64,000 bases of DNA from Cycas panzhihuaensis. Its lineage: Eukaryota; Plantae; Cycadophyta. Positions 37,111-51,720 of this stretch are shown piece after piece. The notes below the pieces were generated by a model. It did not search any database. It had not been told where the DNA came from and saw nothing but the letters and a program-made list of their open reading frames with translations. The stretch covers positions 206,715,741 to 206,779,740 of the forward strand of contig CM041465.1 in the NCBI GenBank assembly GCA_023213395.1. The letters run 5' to 3'. A program made the translations under genes and the position numbers. Position 1 is the stretch's first letter. Each line of letters begins with the position of its first letter.

Positions 37111-37515
37111 TGGAATGGTTCTAACTAGTAATTCTACACTAAATTGTAATAAAGAGTTTAAGAGAATCATAAAAAGAGCAACTAATAGATTTTTATTGAT
37201 AAATTTTATTTAGTAAAAGATTATAAGAGGACAAAAGGATGCTTGTAAGAGCACCAAATTGAATACCAAATTCATATAAGGTACAATATTATAAATGAAC
37301 TTAAGATATAAAATCACTCTTTCCAAATATTTGGCCTTAAATAGGCAAAAATGGCCACTTCTAATAGAATCAAATTAGAGGGGTATTTGGCCTTCAATCC
37401 TATTGGTGGACTTGTATAGCTTACACATATATATTAATAGATAACATTAACCTTTATCCACCTTGGTTATATGTATAAATACTCATATTCTTCTAATTGT
37501 GATAATTATATAACA
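37111..37515 (-). repeat. 3' LTR of element E
   Basis: tggaatggttctaactagtaattc...tataaca. It is preceded on the minus strand by PPT aagaggggagga (37518-37529). Confidence 0.85.
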
Positions 37516-37559
37516 AGTCCTCCCCTCTTAGATGCTAAGTCCCTGAAGCATAGAAGATA

Positions 37560-40500
37560 TGGATGTTACTTAATAAAATTGGTTAATTTCCATGTTGTTT
37601 TATTAGGTTTATAGTCAAACCATTATATTAGATACTTCAAAATAGTTTAATTATGGAGACAACACTATCAAATATCTAAGATATATTTAGGAGGAACTAT
37701 GAGTATTTCTTCTTCGCTAAGGATTAGGAGGGTAGGCTGAGGGATAAGATTTCTTAAGGTGCTTCTTAAGATAGGAAACATGGGATACATCATGGATCTT
37801 GGTGTTAGAGGGAAGTTCAAGGGCATAAGAAACTTCACCAATGTATTGGATAACCTTATAAGGACCATAATATTAAGGGTTGAGGTTATGAGGTTTCTTG
37901 TTGTAGAGTGATTATTATTTATATAGTGGAAGATGAAGGAAGACTAAATCATCAACAAAAAAGAATTGATTGAAAGGATGGCAATCAACTAATTACTTCA
38001 TGTAATTTTAAGGAAAGGCCAGGTTTTACTTGAGAGTATGTAAGTTTTAGTCTATATCTTACAATTTTTATTGGACTCAGTAGTTTAAAGATTGGTGGCC
38101 ATTATATGGTGAGATAGAGGGTCGTGAATTGAGCCATTCTAATGGTAGAATAATAGGATTAATTAAACCAATATTCTATTAGGGTTAATAGAGAGGTCCA
38201 TTAGTTCTAATATTCAAAGGAAAAACAACATAAATATATCTTAAATATTTGATTAAGAACTTTAGATTGAACATCCATTTATGGATAATATGATAAACTT
38301 ATGTTAAAGGAATTGTTTGACATACATAAGAGTTCTTACCAAAATGAACTCATGAGTTTAGAATCTTTGTTAAACATGGTTGTAGAGGGGGATCCATGCA
38401 AGTAATAAATAGATCAGATGTATAAGTTAGTTAGGCAAGGGCTTTGTAGGTTGTGTGGATTAGTAGAAAATAGGTATATTTAGTTAATCAATCAATAATC
38501 ACTTAGATAAAATCATACTTGATAGAAGATGGGAGGCTAATAATTAAGTTCATGGCAATGTCTTGCCATTTTCCTTGAGGGATTTCTAGGGGTTAGAGAA
38601 GGCCTAGTTGATCCTTAGTATTTACCTTATTACAATAGTAGGTGTTAAATCTAGATACACATGTGAGGATTGATGCCTTTATATAAAGCTATTAAAAATT
38701 TGATCGAATACAATGGTAAGTTTTATTAAACCCCAAATGTTTACCTAAAGAATTGGTATAATATTCTAATAAGATATAAGAAATGAAGGAGGATGTTAGG
38801 TGAACAAAATACAATTTCAATAAAGGAGGTGATCATTTTATAGGTGTAATCCTTATGGTTTTAAACTTTTTTAATCCATGAAGTAAAATCAAATTGAGAT
38901 TGATTATCATTTACTAGCTCTTGTAACCATGATGGTAGGGGAGTAGTGATGACTTGAATTATGGATTTAAAGGGTAGGTAAAGGAGAGTATCTACAACCA
39001 CATTATCTTTTAATTTTTTTATAAGAAATAGTGAAGTTAAATACTTATAATTAATCAACCTATTTTACTTGTTCTTCTAATAGAATAGGTGGGTCTAGGA
39101 GGTGACAAAGGCTTTGATGGCTTGTTAAGATTGTGAATTTTGATCCAAGTAGATATTGACACCACTTATCTAGAGTGTGCAGATTGGATTTCATTTCTCT
39201 TTGGTATATTGATAGTTGACATTCATAATCTTTGAGTTTTTAGCTTTGAAATGTAATTAGATAGAAATTTTAGATGAGTACCACTCCTAATGCAACTCCA
39301 AAGGAGTCATATTCTAACTGAAATGGTTGGGAAAAGTCAAGGGTAGCAAGGACTAAAGTGGTGGATATTACCATCTTTAAATAATTGAAGGTGTCATTAG
39401 CACTTGAAATCCATTAAAGGGAGTCCTTACAGAGTAGATTAGTCAAGGGGACTATAATCAAGGCATACTTTTTGACAAATTGATAATAGAATCTAATTAA
39501 TTTAACAAAGGCATGTAATTATAGTAGATTCTTTTGTGTAGGCCAAGTATTGATGACAGAGATTTTATCAGGGTCAATACATACTCATTGTAAGGAGATG
39601 ATGTGGCCCAAGTATTATAGTTCAATCTTACCAAATTCACATTTTAAAATTTTGCTATAAAGTTAGTTTTGGGAGAGGATTTGAAGGGCAATTTCTATGT
39701 TGAGACATGTTAGAGCTATAAATAAGTATATCACTAAAAAGCACAATAATAAAGTTGTGAAGATAGCATAAAAGGATCTTATTTATCAAATCTTGAAAAG
39801 TAGTTGGAGTATTACAAAGGCCAAATGGCATGGCTTAGAACTCAAAATGGCCATGATGTATTGAGAAGGTTATTTTATATATATCTTCAAGAGTAATGGG
39901 AATTCTATAATATCTTGATTGAAGGTCCAATTTAGAGAAAATGGTAACCCCAAAAATTTTATCTAACATATTATTAATTTGTAGGGTTGAAAATTTATTC
40001 TTGATGGTAAGTTTGCTAAGTTCTTGATAGTCAACATAAAATCAAAATGAGCCATCTTTCTTCCATATGAAGACAATGGGGACAACATAAGTGCTTTTAT
40101 TGGGTTGAATTATTCTCATACTAATGAGCTCATTAATAATGCATGTGATTTCATTTTTTGAGAAATACAGATTTTAATAAGGTTGTAGGCTAAAAAGTTT
40201 ATGTAGGTTTTGGAGATCCATGGTATGGTAAAAATCACGATCTAGAGAAGGGTTACTAAGAAATGAGGAAAAAGTTCATTAATATATGGTGAGGATAGTT
40301 TGTATGTCTAGGTGAATATTTGAATAAGGATGAACATTTTTAAGATGTACTATATATCTGACACTATTATTTAATTATTTGTTCATTTATTTAGGGGAAA
40401 TGAGATTATTAGGGGGTGGTTGGAGAGTATTCCCCATAACCCAAGGACTTCACAGTCATCATGCCAATAGGTAAGTAAAGATATGTACTTATTACTTTCT
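37560..40500 (-). pseudogene. Chromovirus pol remnant: RT, RNase H, integrase, chromodomain
   Basis: KKDGSF*FYVDY, FSKLDLQSRYYRI, GHFEF*AMPFGLCNTPTTFQ, PLEIPQGKWQDIAM and PKYILD...KYLI*WFDYKPNKTTWK. Confidence 0.85.
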
Positions 40501-43500
40501 AGATTAACTTAGATTAGCTTATATTAGTTCTTTTACAAGCATGTGTTATCATTTTCCTATTGATTTATTAGATGAATGCATGTGTACTTAGTCGATGATG
40601 ATTCTAACCATGGTTGATGGCTTAATATTATCCATATGAGTTTGATGGTTTAAAGAATGACCTTTTAGTACCTCTATTAGTCATATTTAACCCTTCTTTT
40701 GGGCCAATTAATACTCTAGCATTAATTGGACATAAAACCATGGGCTATTAGCCCATGGTTTTGGCCTAGGGATTCTCCCAATCTATGGGTCCAAAATAAT
40801 AGGCCCTAGCCTTCTATCTTCTATTTATACACCTTCCTTTTCATTAGAAAAAGAAACCAAAATCTATAATGTTATATTACTAAAATACCACCAAAATTTG
40901 GGTAGAATTTCTATTGCACTCATATATGATCATGGGCTTCCTCACTTGGCTTAGGGATTGAACACTAATTAATGTTAAAACACTCTCTCATTAGAGTTTG
41001 ATGTTATTGGCATCTATTTTTTACTAATAACTATGGCAATCCCACCCCATAATATTGGAATTTTCAACCCTTCCTAAGTGTTTTTTATTCAAAATTTCTA
41101 ACATTGAGTTCCTCTCTTTTTATGCTTTTTATTTTCTTCAATTACAATTACTTTCCATTTATATACTTCACTCTTCATTGTGTTGGTGTCCTATACAGAC
41201 AAATAAGGCTTAGTACTACTTGTTAAGCTCAGAAAAGGGTGGCAATGCTACCTTTTTTAGGCTCCCTTCATGCTAGTTTATGACTTATTTTTAGCTTGTA
41301 ATTCAATTTCTTATTTAGTAGTGTTTCCATCATATTTTAATACATCTTGCATGCACCTAACTTTGTATAGATGGAGGAACATTTTAAGTATTTTGATACA
41401 AGTTTAGGAGTTAGTGGGGCTCCCCTTTCTCTCCCCCTCCTTCTTCTTCTTCCTTAAAATGATCAAGTGCCTATTGTGCAACTAGCATGATGCCAAAATT
41501 TCATGAGAAAAACACTAAAGGTTATTATTCAAAAGTGGGATTTAAAGTTTATTTTTGGCATTTTTAATTTCTTATCAAGCCCTTTTCTATCATAGATCAA
41601 TTTGGTAAGAAGTTACCAATTTTTTCCTAGGAATTGGAAAATATACTTGCACACTATATTAACCTCATTTTGAGCTTGGTGATTTGACAGCTTTTGGGAA
41701 TTTGCATTAAAAAAAAAAGTTTGTGATAAGTATTTGGTGCATTTCTCTATCTATTTTTCAAAACCCCCCTTTTGTAGATATTATTCTAAAATAAAAAAGG
41801 CTAAAAAATTACATTTTATTTTGTGGCTTATTTTGAAAATAAAAAGGTAGGAAAAGAGTAGTTTGTTTGTTGGTTTTCCCATTGTTACTTACTCCTCCCC
41901 ACTCTTATATATAGGTGCATTTTTAGTTTTAAAAGAAAAGCATATTAAAATAACAAAAAATAGTTAAAAGTTCTTTTTTATTTTAGTTCATTGCATTGAA
42001 TTTACATGCCACTTTATTCTTTAGTATGTGCTTTCAAAGGCCATAATAGGGAAAAGGGACACACTAATTATGAGTTCTTGAATCCATGGGGCTCATAAAC
42101 TTATTGTCTAGGTTAATTTTATTGTAGTTTGTATATAAATTAAAGTTTCATAATAGCTACATTTAATATGTGTTGTTTACTCTCTATAGTCCTTTTAGGG
42201 TAGGGTTGATTCTTATACCAAAGAGGGAGGAATATTGTTTCTCTACCTGGATTTCATCACTAGATGAGAGATATAATCTTATGCCTGTAGGTGTATTGAG
42301 TCTTCCATATTTGTGTTCTAAACGAGTTAGTGAGTAGCATATCTCCTCACCACATGCTTACATATGTGGCATGTATAACTAAGTGAATCTCATTTACATC
42401 ATTGAAAGTAGTATCCTCTTAGGAGCTTGAGGGTTGTTGGGATCAAATGTGGCATAATCGAGATATCCTATACTCCTATGAGAAATATCACCAATATTGA
42501 TGAGTCCTCATCAACTTATCCATGAGCGAATCTATCTTATTGATTCCTAGGATTAGACCTAATAAATTAAGTTATTTTAATATGAAGATCTAAGTGATCA
42601 AGTTCAATGGGAATCTTTGACCCTTATTTTGGTAAAAAAGGGATGTTTTTCTAGGAGTGATTCATGTGATTATTGCGATGGCATTTTAGTTGATTACTTT
42701 TTATATTAAAAGATGAAAACTCAAAAGAATATTAAAGAAATATTAGAAAAAGGCTTAGGCTAAGATCCTCCTTTTTGTCAGGGATAAAAATAAACAATCT
42801 CTTCATAGATAAGATAATTATTGAGGGAAACTTATCCCTAAATAAGAACACTAAAGTTTCTTATTTTTCTATGCTTTCTAAAGTTTCATTCAGAGGAGGG
42901 GTCCTATCCTAGACCTCTAGCCCACCTACAAGGATAAATGCTACATTGTTTTAAGCTAAAGTAAGGGAGGACTAACGAGTGCAAGGATCTAAGAGATGTC
43001 AAACCCTAGATTAATGACCCTATTGAGGGTCATCCACTTGGGACTCACTCACCTAATGATGATCCACCTATGAAGATGGATAGCCTAGGGATGCTTAGGT
43101 CTAATTCTAAAGGATTGTCATACTTAGAGGTGAAATAAAGAAAGAAAAATATTCTCTCAACCTAAAATATAATGACAAGCTGACACTTTTAGTGTTCAAA
43201 ACATGACTAGGATATAAAGAGTCTCAAAGGAGGGAAAGCTTACATCATGGATATTAGGGCCTGACTAATTAAATAATCCTTTACAATGAGGTTTATTTAT
43301 TCCTAAAAGAAGGATGAGGTTGATATGCCAAGGATATCATGTCCTGTCCAATCAAATAAGTCCTAACTAATAAGCATAGGACCTAGCCTAAGGGGACCAC
43401 ATAATAAGCATACTTAGATAAAAAACTAACATGCAATTTTATGATTATATGAAAATAGTCAATCAACAAAAAAATTAACATTATATTATCCTATTCTAAT

Positions 43501-43890
43501 GTAATATGAATGCACTTTCTAATGGAATATAAATGCACTTCTATCCTTTTTTTCTCCCCTAAAAAAAGTTAAATATTCCTAAAGAAATATAAGGGTTCTT
43601 TTAATATACTTATGCTTATCCTAACAAACATTTCTTTTATTTCTTAAGAAAATTGACTAGAAAAGAACTTTATATGCCTATATATTATTCCTTTTTGGAT
43701 TAAGAATAAAACCAAGCAATGAGCAGAAGGAAACTAACATAATAAAAGGAAACTTTTAGATGATGAGTTGACTTTAAGCTCCAATAAGGAGGAAAGAGAA
43801 TATTTTTGCTACTATAATAATTAGAGATCTAATAAATAGACTAAAAATCATTTCAATCATTCAAATGTCATATATATATATAGATCTAAG

Positions 43891-43960
43891 GCAATATTCA
43901 TATTTACAATCCTCTTCAAGTGTTATGTAAGCTTGTTTATTATGAATTTCTTCTTTTGTG

Positions 43961-43993
<33 letters not shown>

Positions 43994-44146
43994 AATATAT
44001 ATATCTATATCTATATCTATATCTATATATAGATATATATAGACATAAACACACACACACACACATACATAAAGAGCTCAAAAGAAGAAATTCATAACAA
44101 ACAAACTTACATTATACTTGAAGAGGATTGTAAATATGAATATTAC
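43891..44146. repeat. 74-bp inverted repeat with a microsatellite loop
   Basis: Arms at 43891-43964 and 44073-44146 have 6 mismatches by manual comparison. The loop is (CT)n,(CA)n,(ATATCT)n. Confidence 0.92.
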
Positions 44147-46032
44147 ATTAATATCAATGTATTTGGATTTTCAAATGGTCCCAAGCTTATTTGCAAACTA
44201 GTTAAAGATGAGAAGGTAATAAAAGAAGAGGAGGAGAAAAATGAAATTGAGAACAAAGTGGGACGAGAGTGAAAGAACAAAGATTGGATAAGGAGAAAGG
44301 GATAGTGAAGAAGAAAACAATCCTGCTCTAAATCTCCAAGTACTTTGGAAGAGTAAATCTCTTTCAAACTCTAGAAATTGCCAATTGATCTTTGGCTAAA
44401 GAATTCATAATTTTTCAAAACTTGACATAGTTTCTAAAGCTTTCTTAACCTGTAAAGTATGTTATAATTCCTAATGTCTTCCCAAGTTTCTTCAAATCCC
44501 AAAGTGTATCTTTAGATCTAAATCTCCAAAAGTCACTCAATCTATATCTCTAAGAGCTATCTTATTTCTTTTTCTAAGTATTTTCAAAGTTCAACTCTAG
44601 AAGTCTAAAGTTGTAAAGCTCTAACCCTTAATCCTATCTCAATCTCCCCAAGTCTCTTAGTTCTTCTAATCTACTTGATATAATGGGGTAGTTTTCTATT
44701 CATAGAGGGAAAATATGAGAAAATAAGAGGTGAAATAAAGGGGGAGGCAAGCTATGGTCACATATAGGCTAAAATCCCTATGACAAAAACCACAACTTAT
44801 CATTGTTTTTTTTTTTTTTTTGTGGGCAAAAAGATGAAAACCATAATGAACAATAAAAAATATGACTAATAAATTAAAAATGTGATAAAAATTTGACTAA
44901 ATATATGATCAAATAAGAGGTTACATTTTTAATTATATGAAGGTCATGCCTTATTAAAAAGGTCAAGGTTCTAGGCTAGGATAAAAAACACGATCATAGT
45001 TTTGGTTATGATGAATATTACAACTAATTAAAAAAGACAAAAAAAGAAGATTTTTCTATAGAATTTTAAAATTTTCAAAGAGAAAAGTCATCAAAGGGTA
45101 ATAATGTAGTTGAACAAAGGGATCAATTAAGTAATCAAAGTGATTATTAGAGGGAAAAATGCATCATTAAGACATCAACTAGATAAGCAAGATGAAGTGA
45201 CTTAGAGCACTTGTATTAAGCCTTGATTTAATAGACACTTTTATGATCTTTTTATCATTGGCAGTATAAGTAAAAAATAGGCATAATTAACATGAATTCA
45301 ATTAGTTATGATGCCAAGTAATCATTATGTTACCATGCAATCAAACAATCAAACCCTAGAAACAAATAAAAAGGAAAGAAACCTAACCAATTTCAAGAGG
45401 AGGGTGTAGTTGATTGAAACACTTATGGTCTTAATTATTTCAAACCTCTCATTCTAGGTAGCTCTTTCCTCACTTCTCATAGATTGAGTCCATCATTTTA
45501 GGGTTGTGTTGGAGTCTGGGATAAGATAAACTAGTCTACTTAGGAGGGCTTAGTCAAATATGATAGGAATGTAATCATATAGCAGTTGAGCACTTATACT
45601 CAATTGACCTCCTTACATTATGAGGGATTTTTTATGTACTATTTGGTTATTTTGAGGGTATTGGCTAATTGATAAATTTATATTATCTTAAAATATTTAG
45701 TTAGATTTTAGTTCACTCTTGCATTTAATGCACTATTGCCTCATTTATATGTTTGCATGGTGTATTTTATTTATTAGTTAGTCATTGATTCATTTGTAGG
45801 TCTCTTTTCTTTTCTTTATTTTTTCTCTTATACATCACCTATACTTGCATATTACCCTTAGCTAACCTAGAAAATACATAGTTATTTTCCCTATACCTAT
45901 GTATAAGAGATGAACAAATGCTTCACAAAAGGTATATTCTTGAATTCTTCTTCCCTTAGATCCCTCCTTATCTCTTGGGTCTATTGCAAGCTTGTGCTTG
46001 CCTATTCTCTCCCCTTATTCTTAGTAGTTCAC

Positions 46033-46050
46033 TAGTAGCTCTACTAGGGG
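46033..46050 (+). promoter_or_regulatory. Degenerate tRNA-Arg PBS of element D
   Basis: tagtagctctactagggg lies 1 nt after CA at 46031. Confidence 0.6.
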
Positions 46051-46439
46051 CTCATTAGTAGGGTGTTAATAAACATTGAATTGATGATTCCCTATCTTTT
46101 CCTCACTTTAACTTTGAGTATTATGATGATATTCTTACAAGCTTATAACCCATCCCTGTGAGGATTCCTCACACCTTTCTTATAACTTTAGAGTGTAGAT
46201 TTACACTAGAGCTCTAAACCATCTTTACATTTTACTTTTGCCTCTCATATATAATGATTTTATTATCATTTTAGAGGTCTCTCTCCATTTGATTTTAATC
46301 TTTTATTTCCATCTAGTCCCTTGGCTATTAAGTAGTCCTAAATAGTAGGTTAGATCCAACCTAAGTGGTTTATAGACCCCTTTCAAGCTTAACCACCTTA
46401 TCAACCATAAGATCCTTATCCAGTGTAAGACCCATATCA

Positions 46440-47079
46440 TGTTGAGAATACAAGGTCCAACCCTTTAACCACCACCAAGATCTATTGCATTCTTACAACT
46501 AGTTATACAAATTAAAACTTAAAATTACATTCAAGTTCTAAAATTAGAGATTATACAGTAATGAGAAAATAAAAGCTAAACATCACATGTGCACTCGATA
46601 TAACATGGTAAAACCCTAGCAGTGTGCTAGGGAAACATCCACACAGGAAAGGTATCGATCTTTATTATTGTAGAATGGAGAAATAGTACATCACAGTTAC
46701 AGAGTGCTCTCAGGAACAATAATCAGCCACCGCCCTCTTCACAGTTACATTACATTATACCATAATAAGAAAAGCCCTAAAATAGGCTATATGAGAGGAA
46801 CATCCAAGACCCAAATCTCAACCGTAGAATCTAGGGTATTTGTATCGAATGACCCTGATTCTCTTTATATTTTGATAAGGTTTACATGGCTAATTTTTTG
46901 AGTTGGGGGCTATCGCCCTCGAACCCCCTCCTAGCAAAGGGCATTCCACTCCTCTTGAACCCCTTGGCCAAGGGGGGCTCCCTCCCTCCTTGGAACCCCT
47001 CGAGAAAGATTAGGGGGGGAAACTGCACTGAAAACATGCCATAATTTTAGCCCTATAATTGTTGTCACAATACCCAATA
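46440..47079 (-). repeat. 3' LTR of copia-2
   Basis: tgttgagaatacaagg...tacccaata, adjacent to PPT (plus strand atctccaccttg). Confidence 0.93.
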
Positions 47080-47126
47080 ATCTCCACCTTGACAACAATT
47101 ATTTGATACCTTTCCTGGACCCTTTA

Positions 47127-50100
47127 TCATCTTTTCTACAAGCCAAGAGAAGTCAAATACCATTTGAACTTCTTTATTAGTACTGGTTTTGTGAATATAT
47201 CAGCATAATTCTGATTGATGTGAATCTTCTCAAGTGCCACTCCACCTACTTCCATAACTTGTCTAATGAAATGGTACTTAAGAGTAATATGCTTTGTTCT
47301 ACTGTGATAAGCTGGATTCTTGGCTAAGTAAATGGCACTTTGACTGTTACAAAATACCTTGACATTTTCCTATCTTCTTCCAAGCTCAACCAATAGACCC
47401 TGTAACCAGATTGCTTATTTACAAGCATGTGCTATAGCAACATATTCAACTTCCATGGTTGACAGTGTAATTGTGCTATGCAATTTGGACATCCAACTAA
47501 ATGGACCATTTGCAAGAGTAAAAACATAACCTGAAGTAGATGTTCTTTTGTCTAAATCTCCTACAAAGTCTGAATCGACATATCCACAAACCTGATTACT
47601 TGTACCTCTAAAGGTGATGCAGTAGTCACTCGTGCCTCTCAAATACTGAAGCACCTATTTCACTGCAGCCCAATGTTCGTTTCCTAGATTTGCCATAAAC
47701 ATGCTAACTACACTGATTGCATGTGAAATATCAGGTCTTGTACATACCATGGCATATATCAAACTTCCTACTACACTGGCATAAGGTACACGAGATATAT
47801 AAGCCTTTTCTTCTTCACTACTAGGACTCAAATTCGAAGAAATTTGCCATACTAAACCTGGTTAGCATGCCTTCTCTACATATTTCTGCTGTGATAACCA
47901 TAGCTTACTATTTTTCCTATCTCTGTGTATCTCCATGCCTAAGATTTATTTTGCAGCTCCTATATCCTTCATATCGAAAGTCTTAGCCAATTGAGTCTTT
48001 AGCTTATTGATTTCTTCCATGCTCTTGCTTGCAACCAGCATGTCATCAACATATAACACCAAGATAATGAATAAGCCATTGTCCATAAATTTAAAGTAAA
48101 CATAATGATCATACTCACTTCTTTTGAAAATTTGGCTCTCCATGAAGGCATCAAACTTCTTGTACCACTGCCTAGGTGATTGCTTCAGACCATATAATGA
48201 TTTTCTAAGCCTACAAACAAGTCTTTTCCTGCCATCTTATACAAACCCTTCTGGTTGATTCATATAGATCTCCTCATCTAAATCTCCATGTAGAAAAGCT
48301 ATTTTTACATCTAACTGCTCTAACTCCAAATCGAGAGAAGCTACCAATGCTAAGAGCACTTAAATTGAAATAAGTTTAACAACTGGTGAAAAGATCTCAT
48401 GAAAGGCAATACCTACTTTTTGTGCAAAGCCTTTAGCCACTAGTCTTGCTCTGTATTTATCAACCTTTCTGTCAACATCTATTTTCTTTTTGAAAACCCA
48501 CCTGTAACCAACAGTCTTCTTGCCATGTGGACATTCTACCAAGTCCCATGAATTATTTTTCTTCAAGGTATCTATCTCTTCCTGCATAGCCCTTATCCAC
48601 TTCTCTCCATGGATATCATCTATTGCTTCCTGATAACATGTGGGCTCACCATCATTAGAAACTAAAGCAATAGAAATAGAAGGGTCACACTGCCGTGGAT
48701 GACTAACTCATGTAGATCTTCTAACTGCTAGTAGAGGAGTGTCCACATACTCCTATGAATCTGTTGCTGATTCATCTTCAGAAAGATCTTCATGATCTTC
48801 TAATTCTACAGATGGCTGCATTTTAAACTTAACTTGTTAATGTTCATCTTGCTACTCCTGTTTCATTTCAGCTTCTACACTATCTGATTTTACAAGGGGA
48901 GATTCATCAAATATGACATCTTTGTTAATGATGATTTTCTGGGTAGTAGGATTCCACAACTTGTATCCATTCACACTATCCTTATCACTATAACCAACAA
49001 AGATATATCTCTTGGATTTTGGGTCTAACTTTGAACGTTTACTTTTATCAGTCTAGGCATAGGCATCACAACCAAAAACTTTTAAATTTGAATAATCATA
49101 TAGATGTCTAGTCCATACCTCTTTAGGAATTTTACAATCTATTACAAGTGATGGTGACCTATTTACCAGATAGCAAGCTGTTTGAATAGCTTCTACCCAC
49201 AAGCCCTGCTCCACTCCTGTATTACTTAGCATGCTTCTTGCTCTTTCCAAGAGTGTCATATTCATGTGCTCAGTAATGCCATCTTGCTACGGAGTATAGC
49301 TAGTGGTCTTGTGTCATTTAATCCTAGCTTCTCTACAATAGTTCTCAAACTCCAACAAGTTAAACTCACCTCCATTATCAGTTCTTAAACATTTGATTGT
49401 CTTACCAGTACTGTTCTTAACTAAAGCCTTGGACTGCTTAAACACACTGAAAACTTCAGATTTCCTTTCTAAAAAATAGACCCATAGCTTCCTAGAGTAA
49501 TCATCTATAAAAGTGACAAAATACAATGATCCTGTACAAGATATTTTAGGGGTTGGCCCCAATACATCTGAATATATATAATCAAGAACACCTTTACTAG
49601 TATGACTCCCTACTTTAAACCTGAGTCTACACTATTTTCCAAAAACACAATGTTTACAGAAAGCCAAGTCTAAAAGCTGCAAGTTAGGAAGTAACTTATA
49701 GTTTATTAGTACCTTAAATCCTCTCTTTCTCATGTGCCCAAGTCTCTGATGCCATAGTTGAGCTAGATCTTCTACAGTCTTTGACACTGTAGCTACTTGG
49801 CTAACATTTATACTTCTTACTAAAATGTAAAGAGTTCCTCTCTTTAAGGCTTTCATAACAACCAAGGCACCCTTTGACACCTTTAGGACTCATTCATGAC
49901 CTGTATGCTTAAAACCACTCAAATCTAATACACTTAAGGAAATCAGATTCCTTTTCAAATCAGGTACATGTCTAACCTCATTTAATATTCTAACTACCCC
50001 ATCAAAAATCTTAATTCTGATGCTACCAGTGCCCACTGTATTACAGGAAACTTCGTTTCCCATAAGTACATCACCACCATCAAGAGGTTGGTATGATGAG

Positions 50101-51011
50101 AACTAACTCCTGTGTGGACACATGTGGTGTGAAGCACCTAAATCTAATAATCAGTCATGGTGATAATGAGAAACATTACAAGCAACCAAGACATCATCAT
50201 CCATACCTTAATTTAACTCCACCTGATTTGCCTCCTTGGCAGGATCTTCCTTTTTCTGGAACTCCTTCCTTTTGTAACAATCCTTCTTGAGGTGATCGGT
50301 CTTATTACAATGCCAACACCTAAGCTTACTCTTTTTGCTCTTTGACTTGGATCTTGATGTATCCCTAGAGTTTTATCCTCTCTTAAATGTTCTACCCCTT
50401 ACTATCATGGCTACTGGTGTGAAGGTTTCAAGACTAGAGTTCCTCCACACTTCTTCCATTAGTAAAGCACTCACAACAGAGTCATATTCCAATTCATCTA
50501 TAGTGCTAAAACTAATTAAGATGACAATATTATCCCAGGATTCAGGTAATGAGCATAATCGGGTAACTGCCTTGTCCTGATCCTCAATTTTAACATCGAT
50601 ACTAGTCAATTGATAAATAAGAGTATTGAAAATATTTAAATGGTTAGTGATTTTTATACCTTCCTTCATCTATAATGAATATAGTTGCCTCTTTAGGTAG
50701 ATTTAGTTTGTTACTGATTTGGTCACATACAGGCCTTCCAACTAGGTCCATAATCCTACTACCGTCTGCTCCCCTGTGATGTTAAACAAAACTTCATCCA
50801 CTAAGCACAATCGTATTGTGCTAAGTCCCCTTTTGTCTAAATCATCCTATTCATCATCGTCCATCTCCACGGGTTTCTTCGATTTTCCCGCAAGGGCTTT
50901 GTGCAAACCCTACTATACAAGAATATCATATGCTTTTAGCTTCCACAACTTGAAGTTGTTCTTGCCATTGAATTTCTCCACCTCGAACTTAGCACTCACT
51001 AGTTTCACCAT
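47127..51011 (-). pseudogene. copia gag-pol pseudogene (copia-2)
   Basis: ATG at 51011 (MVKLVSAKFEVEKF), LWHQRLGH, CLRTDNGGEF, LVLYVDDML and GYVDSDFVGDLD. There are multiple stops and a ~40-bp deletion near 47841. Confidence 0.95.
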
Positions 51012-51067
51012 TTGGTATAGAAAAGCTAACACCAAAACCTTCACAAACTCACTGCAAGAAAAAGAGT

Positions 51068-51080
51068 GGCTCGGATACCA
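51068..51080 (-). promoter_or_regulatory. PBS (tRNA-iMet) of copia-2
   Basis: Minus-strand tggtatccgagcc. Confidence 0.9.
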
Positions 51081-51082
51081 CT

Positions 51083-51720
51083 TGTTGAGAATACAAGGTC
51101 CAACCTTTTAACCGCCACCAAGATCTATTGCATTCTTACAACTAGTTATAGAAATCGAAACTTAAAATTACATGCAAGTTCTAAAATCAGAGATTATATA
51201 GTAATAAGAAAATAAAAGCCAAACATTACATGTGCACCCAATATAATGTGGTAAAACCCTAGCAGTGGGCTAGGGAAACATCCACATAGGAAAGGTATCG
51301 ATTTTTATTGCTATAGAATGGAGAAACAATACATTGTAGTTACATAGTGCTCTAAGGAACAACAATCAGCCGCCACCCTCTTCATAGTTATATTACAGTA
51401 CACCATAATAAGAAAAGCCCTAAAACAAGCTACATGAGAGGAACATCTAAGACCTAAATCAACCGTAGAATCTAGGGTATTTGTATCGAATGACCTTGAT
51501 TCTCTTTACATTTTAATAAGGTTTACATGGCTAATTTTTTGGGTCGAGGGCTATCACCCCCGAACCCCCTCATAGCGGGGGCCGTTCCACTCCCCCCACA
51601 CCCCCCGGCCAAGGGCGGCTCCCGCCCTCCTTGGAACCCCCCAAGAAAGATTAGGGGGGGAAACCACGCTGAAAATATACCATAAATTTAGCCCTATAAT
51701 TGTTGTCATAATACCCAACA
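51083..51720 (-). repeat. 5' LTR of copia-2
   Basis: tgttgagaatacaagg...tacccaaca. Confidence 0.93.

Larger units (their letters stand above)
46440..51720 (-). mobile_element. Full-length Ty1/copia element, same family as copia-1 (copia-2)
   Basis: Two LTRs, TSD tatca/tagca (46435-46439, 51721-51725, 1 mismatch), PBS, PPT, and an internal region colinear with copia-1. Confidence 0.96.

Noticed and set aside
40540-43405. Possible ~2.9-kb solo LTR ending ggggaccaca
   Set aside because: The composition is LTR-like, but there is no second copy in the window and no convincing TG..CA/TSD pair.
43891-44146. MITE or miRNA gene call
   Set aside because: There is no TSD, no recognisable TIR family and no expression evidence. 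It is kept only as an inverted repeat.
50093-51111. Plus-strand ORFs 50093-50290, 50335-50580 and 50776-51111
   Set aside because: They are antisense shadows of copia-2 gag.
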